The notes under the pieces are model-generated. The model saw only the letters and a list, made by a program, of their open reading frames with translations, was not told the DNA's origin and did not search any database. Below, in pieces: positions 58,505-64,000 of a stretch of 64,000 nucleotides of DNA. The number at the start of each line of letters is the position of its first letter. The first letter of the stretch is position 1. The translations under genes were made by a program, and so were the position numbers. Origin of the DNA: an uncultured Cytophagales bacterium (GTDB lineage Bacteria > Bacteroidota > Bacteroidia > Cytophagales > Spirosomataceae); the NCBI GenBank assembly GCA_964562455.1, contig CAZLTN010000010.1, positions 7,464-71,463 on the forward strand, given 5' to 3'.

Positions 58505-58548
58505 AGGGCTGGTTTCAATTTCGGGGACAAATGTCGCAATTTAAACCT

Positions 58549-59277
58549 TTAAAACGCCAGATAAAATGCTTTAAGATATTCCTTAAACGCAGAATCATAA
58601 TTCTTGCCGTTTTCTTCATAGATATACAGCTCTTCAGCGACGCGGCCTGCCAGGCTACCTTTTGCCTCGCCGGCTCTTACAAACGTCATCATACGCCTGA
58701 AAGGCCGCAGCCCCGGACGGTGTGCCAGCAGCAGCTCCGTCGTCAGCTTCCAGCCGCTTCCCTGTTGCTTTTCATATACGGTGCTCTCTGCTACCGGCAA
58801 TAATATGCTGAAGCTGCCTCCGGGTGCAAGGAGGCGGTCGACAGCGTAAGATAATGCTGTAAAATCGAGTGCCCCGGCGTGGTGGGCTGTATTGGATTTC
58901 ATATCGGGAGACTTAAGATCTCTTTGGAAAAAGGGCGGGTTGCTGATAATGGTTTGAAACCGGTAATCCGGGAAAAACGCCTGCACAGGTGTATGATGAA
59001 CAGCCAGCCGCGAGGCATACGGGCTGTCCCTGAAGTTTTGCCCTGTTTGAAGAAAAGCTCCCTCTTCAACTTCCACCCCTTCGATCAGCGCCTCCCTGTT
59101 TCGCTGCGCCGCCATCAGGGATAGCAGACCTGTCCCGGTACCAATATCGAGGATACGCCCCGCGCTGCTTACGTCTGCCCATGCCCCGAACAGGCACGCG
59201 TCCGTACAGACTTTCATTGCACAGAGATCCTGGCGGACCGTAAAGTTTTTGAATTTAAAAAATTGGTTTCCAGGCAA
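58549..59277 (-). CDS. tRNA1(Val) A37 N6-methyltransferase (YfiC/TrmN6-like)
   Basis: FKFKNF, AMKVCTD, LDIGTGTG, SNPPFF, FYLAF. Start uncertain (TTG 59277 or 59301). Confidence 0.88.
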   Translation of the reverse strand: MPGNQFFKFKNFTVRQDLCAMKVCTDACLFGAWADVSSAGRILDIGTGTGLLSLMAAQRNREALIEGVEVEEGAFLQTGQNFRDSPYASRLAVHHTPVQAFFPDYRFQTIISNPPFFQRDLKSPDMKSNTAHHAGALDFTALSYAVDRLLAPGGSFSILLPVAESTVYEKQQGSGWKLTTELLLAHRPGLRPFRRMMTFVRAGEAKGSLAGRVAEELYIYEENGKNYDSAFKEYLKAFYLAF

Positions 59278-59290
59278 GCGGATCTCGGCT

Positions 59291-60073
59291 TTAATCTTCA
59301 AAAATTAATGATTGGGGAAGCATCAGCAAAAATGGTATTGATTTTTCGTAATCCAGCGCTTCATAATACAAGCCCAGCCTTGCCAGATTTTTATAATAGC
59401 CGTTCACATGCTTATAATAGTATTTTTCCGATTGTACGTACCAGGCTCTTTCCCCTAATTTTTCGGCTAAAAACCATTTTTCCAGCAAGCGTGAAATACG
59501 ACCGTTGGCGTCACTAAACGGATGAATATTTACAAATACCAGATGGATGAACGATGCGTAGTAAAGAATCTCTTCTATAGTTAATTCCTGTCTCAACAAG
59601 GCATCTATTTCTCTCCACATTTCTGAATAGACATCTTTTACAATGCTCAACGGAGCTGCCTCGTATTGTATCCTGCCTGTTTTATGCTCCATTATCAGCA
59701 TTTCCGTTTTGCGGATAGTTCCTCTTTGATTTTCCGGCAGAAGGTGGGCGGCAATCAGCCTGTGTGCATAAAGAAAGTTATCCGGATTCAGCGGGTTTTC
59801 TTTTGCAAACAGGTAGGCATTATATAAATCATTAGGCTTTTCAATAAGCTCCGGCAGATATTCAACATTCAGCACTTTGTGCCTGACGTAGCTATCCACT
59901 TCCAATTGCTCGCCTTCAATTCTAGACGACGACATGACCGAAACTGAAGTATAAAAAGTAAAGCTATGGGGCTCCAATTTTATTTGCTCAATAGCGGATA
60001 ACTCCTTTCCGATGTCTATGTCCAGCATAGACTTCCATGTTTTGAAGTAATCCGGTTTTATTAAGCTGCTCAT
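59291..60073 (-). CDS. Fic domain protein
   Basis: HPFSDANGRISR Fic motif; SSRIEGE N-terminal inhibitory-helix-like motif. Confidence 0.9.
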   Translation of the reverse strand: MSSLIKPDYFKTWKSMLDIDIGKELSAIEQIKLEPHSFTFYTSVSVMSSSRIEGEQLEVDSYVRHKVLNVEYLPELIEKPNDLYNAYLFAKENPLNPDNFLYAHRLIAAHLLPENQRGTIRKTEMLIMEHKTGRIQYEAAPLSIVKDVYSEMWREIDALLRQELTIEEILYYASFIHLVFVNIHPFSDANGRISRLLEKWFLAEKLGERAWYVQSEKYYYKHVNGYYKNLARLGLYYEALDYEKSIPFLLMLPQSLIFED

Positions 60074-60104
60074 TTGCTAAATCAGAATTTACCAGGTTTC
60101 GGGA

Positions 60105-61352
60105 TTATCCGCGCGCTTCCCCCTCCCACACTTCGGCTATTTTCACGATCACTTCAGTAGCTTTTTCCATATCCTGCACCGAAACCCACTCCAGCCTGCT
60201 GTGAAAAGCATGCTCGCCTGCAAAAATATTAGGGCATGGCAACCCCATGAATGACAGCCTGGAGCCGTCAGTGCCGCCCCTGATGCTTTGCTTTGCCGGT
60301 TTAAGGCCAACCAGTTCCATAGCTTTCAACGCATAATCGACCACTTCCGGGTGTTTCGCCAGTATGGTCCCCATGTTCCTGTATTGTTCCTTTACTTCAA
60401 ACTCAAAAGACGAGCCGGGGTATTGCGAAAGCACCTGTTCTGTTATAGACAACAGTAGCGCCTCCTTCTCCTTAAGGCCTTCTTCTTCAAAATCGCGCAC
60501 TATGAACCCGATGACGGCACTTTCCTGCTGCGCTTCCAGGTGAACGGGATGAAGGAATCCTTCCCTGTCGCGGGTAGTCTCCGGTGAAAGGCCGTCTTTG
60601 GGTAGCGCAGCCACTATGTCCGCCGCTATTTTGACAGCATTTTCCATTTTACCGAACGCAAATCCCGGGTGGGTACTCACACCTTGTATCCTGATCGTTA
60701 CGCCGTCGGCAGAAAAAGTCTCGTTCTCAAGACTGCCGAGCGTTTCACCATCTACCGTATAGGCAAAATCCGCGCCCAGCTTCTTCAGGTCCAGCTTCTC
60801 GGTACCCCTTCCTACCTCCTCATCGGGCGTAAAAAGTACCTTTATTTTCCCATGCTTTACTTCAGGATGGTTCTGAAAAAACGCCACTGCCGACATGATC
60901 TCAGCTACGCCGGCTTTATTGTCCGCCCCGAGCAGTGTGGTTCCGCTCGCCGTAACGATGTCATTCCCTATCTGGAAAGCCAGATCAGGATGATCCCGGA
61001 GGCGAATGACCTGGCTTTGATCATCGGGAAGAATGATATCCCCGCCATCATAATTATAGTGGACAACCGGCTTTATGCCTGCTCCCGAAACATCGGGCGA
61101 TGTGTCCATATGCGAGCAAAAGCATATCACCGGGATCTCCTTTTTGGAGGTATTGGCGGGCACCGTACCATATACATACCCGGATTCATCCATATGCGCA
61201 TCAGGGATGCCGAGGGCAATCAGCTCGGCCGTCAGCATCCGGCCAAGATCCTTCTGTTTTTCGGTAGAAGGGAAAGTCTCCGACCGCGGATCGGACTGCG
61301 TGTCGACCTGCACGTACCGGATAAAGCGGTCGAGTACCGTATCATGTGACAT
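60105..61352 (-). CDS. pepT: Peptidase T (tripeptide aminopeptidase)
   Basis: RFIRYVQVDTQS, SHMDTS, LLGADNKAG, FTPDEEVG, IRGGTDG, FHSRLEW. Confidence 0.96.
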   Translation of the reverse strand: MSHDTVLDRFIRYVQVDTQSDPRSETFPSTEKQKDLGRMLTAELIALGIPDAHMDESGYVYGTVPANTSKKEIPVICFCSHMDTSPDVSGAGIKPVVHYNYDGGDIILPDDQSQVIRLRDHPDLAFQIGNDIVTASGTTLLGADNKAGVAEIMSAVAFFQNHPEVKHGKIKVLFTPDEEVGRGTEKLDLKKLGADFAYTVDGETLGSLENETFSADGVTIRIQGVSTHPGFAFGKMENAVKIAADIVAALPKDGLSPETTRDREGFLHPVHLEAQQESAVIGFIVRDFEEEGLKEKEALLLSITEQVLSQYPGSSFEFEVKEQYRNMGTILAKHPEVVDYALKAMELVGLKPAKQSIRGGTDGSRLSFMGLPCPNIFAGEHAFHSRLEWVSVQDMEKATEVIVKIAEVWEGEARG

Positions 61353-61359
61353 AAATACC

Positions 61360-61827
61360 CTAACTTTTCACGATCGACTCAAGATCAGCGGGAGAATAAT
61401 TCACGTTTTTAAGCGTCTTATCATCCCCTTTCCTGTACACCAGGTACTTCCCGTTGTCCTCTTTATAATAGCATTCCGTGCCTTTGGACTCATAGTGCTT
61501 TACGGTAGCCTCCGCCTCTTCCACGGAATTACATGCTTTGGACATATTGGAGCGCTGCACCTCATCGAAAAGTGTCCGGAACTTCTCACCCAATCCGAAT
61601 TCGAGGACCGCACCGGACAATACATACTGAAGGTCGCACAAAGCGTCGGCCACTTCTACAATGTCCTTGTCCCCGATAGCTTCTTCCAGTTCCTTAAGCT
61701 CTTCTGCCAGCAGCGAAACCCTGAGGCGGCATCGCTCTTTCGACGGGATGGCGGGTTCGCTAAGAATAGGGTGTTTAAAAGTACGGTGAAATTCAGCTAC
61801 CTGGTTCAGGCTGTCTAGTTGCTCCAT
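61360..61827 (-). CDS. MazG-like nucleoside triphosphate pyrophosphohydrolase
   Basis: EFHRTF, EELKEL, EVADALCDLQYV, EVQRSNMSK. Confidence 0.88.
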   Translation of the reverse strand: MEQLDSLNQVAEFHRTFKHPILSEPAIPSKERCRLRVSLLAEELKELEEAIGDKDIVEVADALCDLQYVLSGAVLEFGLGEKFRTLFDEVQRSNMSKACNSVEEAEATVKHYESKGTECYYKEDNGKYLVYRKGDDKTLKNVNYSPADLESIVKS

Positions 61828-61871
61828 ATTATATCTTTTTTGACGTTGCGCAAATATAGAAACACCCGCTG

Positions 61872-62462
61872 TTAAGGCAGTTGCTGAACCAGAAAGAAAT
61901 TGTCCTTTATCAATTTAATCGCAATAGCCAGCAAAATAATCCCGAATACCTTCCGCATTACATCCAGTCCGCCGTTACCCAGCTTTCGTTCTATATAGCC
62001 GGACGATTTCAGTACAAGGTAAATAAAGACAAGATTGACCACCACTCCCACCAGTATATTGGGAAGCTCGTAGGCAGCTCTCAACGAAATAAGAGTGGTC
62101 ATTGTCCCCGCGCCGGCAATAAGCGGAAAGGCAATAGGCACGATAGAAGCCGACGAGGGCTGCATTTCTTCATGTTTAAAGATATTGCGCCCGAGCACCA
62201 TCTCCATACCGATCAGGAAAATGATAAGTCCGCCGGCTACCGCGAACGACGAAATATCTACCCCGAAAAGCCCCAGGAGCCTTTCTCCGAGAAACAAAAA
62301 GCCGATCATGATCCCTCCGGCTACGAGCGTAGCCTTGCCCGACTGTACGTGTCCTGCCTTTTTCCTGAGATTAACGATAACGGGTATGCTGCCGATAATA
62401 TCGATGACTGAAAACAGGATAAGTGTAACCGAAAGTATCTCTTTGGCGTTAAAGTAATCCAT
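61872..62462 (-). CDS. MarC family membrane protein
   Basis: LFSVIDIIG, SFAVAGG, IVPIAFPLIAGAG, RKVFGIILLAIA. Confidence 0.92.
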   Translation of the reverse strand: MDYFNAKEILSVTLILFSVIDIIGSIPVIVNLRKKAGHVQSGKATLVAGGIMIGFLFLGERLLGLFGVDISSFAVAGGLIIFLIGMEMVLGRNIFKHEEMQPSSASIVPIAFPLIAGAGTMTTLISLRAAYELPNILVGVVVNLVFIYLVLKSSGYIERKLGNGGLDVMRKVFGIILLAIAIKLIKDNFFLVQQLP

Positions 62463-62509
62463 AATCGCAAATGTCTGATGCCTGCAAGATAGTAAAAGAA
62501 TTCACATCG

Positions 62510-62517
62510 TATCTTTG
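62510..62517 (+). promoter_or_regulatory. Bacteroidota sigma-70 -7 element for uvrC
   Basis: TATCTTTG matches TAnnTTTG, 8 bp before the ATG; a TATCTTGC element on the opposite strand points toward marC. Confidence 0.6.
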
Positions 62518-62525
62518 CCCCAGAT

Positions 62526-64000
62526 ATGGAAAAATTTGATCCGAAAGCAGTTCTGAGCCAGATTCCTCACCAGCCGGGGGTTTATCGCTATTTCAACGAC
62601 CGGGATGAAATCATCTACGTCGGAAAAGCAAAAGATCTGCGCAACCGTGTAAGCAGCTACTTTGTCAATTCCAACCAGCACAACCGGAAAACGAAGCAAC
62701 TGGTATTCCAGATTGTCCGGATCGAGTTTACGATAGTCAATACCGAATGGGAAGCGTTGCTGCTTGAGAACCAGTTGATTAAAAATTACCAGCCCAGGTT
62801 TAACGTCATGCTCAGGGATGACAAAACCTATCCTTATATCTGCATTACCAGGGAGCGTTTCCCGAGGGTGATCAGCACCCGGAAGGTGGATCCGCTGGCT
62901 GGCGACTATTTCGGCCCGTTTGCCAGCGTCAGAACGATGCATTCCCTGTTCGATATGTTCAGGGCACTTTATAAAACCAGGTCTTGCCAGTTGCTGCTTA
63001 CCCGCGAAAATGTGGAGGCGGGCAAGTTCAAAGTATGCCTGGAGTACCATATCAACAATTGTAAAGGCCCCTGCGAGGACCTCATATCGGAAGAGGAGTA
63101 CAACGCCGAAATAGACCAGATCAGGCATATCCTGAAAGGCAATTTAGCGCCTGCCGAACAGTATATCAAGCTCAAAATGAACGAAGCAGCCGGGCGGCTG
63201 GAGTTTGAAGAAGCACACAGATGGAAAGAGAAGTACGAGTTGCTGAGCGAATACCAGAACAAGACGACCGTTACCAACGCCAAAATCGGGAATGTGGATG
63301 TCCTGACTGTGGTCTCTGATGAGGAATCGGCGTATTTCAATTTTATGAAGCTGGTCAACGGGCATATCATTGCTACGGAAGCTATGGAAGTCCGGAAAAA
63401 AATGGAGGAAAGCGACCCGGAGCTGCTTGCTATGGTGCTTGTCGAAATGCAGCAGCGTTACGGCGACGATGCCAGGGAAGTACTGACAAATCTAATGCCT
63501 GAAGGAGAGCTCAATAAGCCGGTGACGGTACCTAAAATCGGCGACAAGCGCAAGGTAGTGGAGCTTTCGCTGAAAAATGTAATGTTTTTCCGGCGGGAAA
63601 AGGCCGAACAGCGGGCAGCGGAAACCACCGCCAGTTCCTCAAAAAAAGATCGTGTGCTCATCAAGCTGAAAACCGATCTGCAACTGAAATCACTTCCACG
63701 ACATATCGAATGTTTTGATAACTCCAATATACAGGGCACAAACCCGGTTGCTTCGATGGTTTGCTTCAAAAATGCCAAGCCATCCAAAAAGGACTACCGG
63801 CATTTTATGATCAGGACGGTGGAAGGGCCGAACGATTTTGCGTCGATGAACGAAATTGTCACGCGTCGCTATACACGTGTCATAAACGAAAACGAGCCGC
63901 TTCCCGACCTGATTATTGTTGACGGCGGAAAAGGGCAACTGAGCGCCGCCTGCGATGCGCTTAAAAGTATGGGTATTTACGGTAAAGTGCCGATAATCGG
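62526..64000 (+). CDS. uvrC: Excinuclease ABC subunit C (partial, runs off the window)
   Basis: Not in the ORF track. My translation gives MEKFDPK...PHQPGVYRY...IYVGKAKDLRNRVSSYF (GIY-YIG), then IECFDNSN and PDLIIVDGGKGQL. Confidence 0.96.
   Translation, partial: MEKFDPKAVLSQIPHQPGVYRYFNDRDEIIYVGKAKDLRNRVSSYFVNSNQHNRKTKQLVFQIVRIEFTIVNTEWEALLLENQLIKNYQPRFNVMLRDDKTYPYICITRERFPRVISTRKVDPLAGDYFGPFASVRTMHSLFDMFRALYKTRSCQLLLTRENVEAGKFKVCLEYHINNCKGPCEDLISEEEYNAEIDQIRHILKGNLAPAEQYIKLKMNEAAGRLEFEEAHRWKEKYELLSEYQNKTTVTNAKIGNVDVLTVVSDEESAYFNFMKLVNGHIIATEAMEVRKKMEESDPELLAMVLVEMQQRYGDDAREVLTNLMPEGELNKPVTVPKIGDKRKVVELSLKNVMFFRREKAEQRAAETTASSSKKDRVLIKLKTDLQLKSLPRHIECFDNSNIQGTNPVASMVCFKNAKPSKKDYRHFMIRTVEGPNDFASMNEIVTRRYTRVINENEPLPDLIIVDGGKGQLSAACDALKSMGIYGKVPII

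Noticed and set aside
60669..61818. Long plus-strand ORFs (226 and 247 aa) and similar antisense ORFs elsewhere (17828-18568, 30259-31026, 47728-48504, 62502-63128)
   Set aside because: They shadow well-supported genes on the opposite strand and have no recognisable motifs.

Overview
A 64-kb chromosomal window from a Bacteroidota genome, probably Cytophagales/Spirosomataceae-like. This is inferred from the SusC/SusD pairs, a T9SS cargo protein and TAnnTT(T)G-type promoters with no Shine-Dalgarno motifs. Housekeeping genes sit near both ends: an M20 hydrolase, GT2/flippase-ruvC, and ppa, a tRNA m6A37 methyltransferase, pepT, marC and a partial uvrC. Between them are two large sugar-catabolism regions of unknown substrate. 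Region A (16.0-36.7 kb) has two TIM-barrel epimerase/lyase-type proteins, DUF1080, an aldose-epimerase-like protein, a PMI-like cupin and Gfo/Idh/MocA oxidoreductases. It also has a sugar ABC importer split by a HigBA-like TA module, an ECF sigma factor with a stub anti-sigma, a ThuA-propeller-cupredoxin dehydrogenase, ThuA, GH43 and GH5. Region B (38.3-56.2 kb) is a GntR-associated SusC/SusD locus with three Tat-exported GH109-like NAD+ enzymes, a HemL-like aminotransferase, a DgoD-like dehydratase, an SDR, a ceramidase-like amidohydrolase, an SSS transporter and a BNR-repeat protein. Region B is my best candidate for an undescribed amino-sugar(-acid) pathway. Non-coding signals: a 207-bp MITE-like element carrying GTAG REPs, other REP-like repeats, G-poor 7/8-bp tandem repeats, operator-like palindromes, overlapping divergent start codons at ruvC, and a G8-tract frameshift in a GT2 gene. 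I found no rRNA, tRNA, CRISPR array, transposase or prophage. All product calls come from motif recognition by eye; no searches were run.
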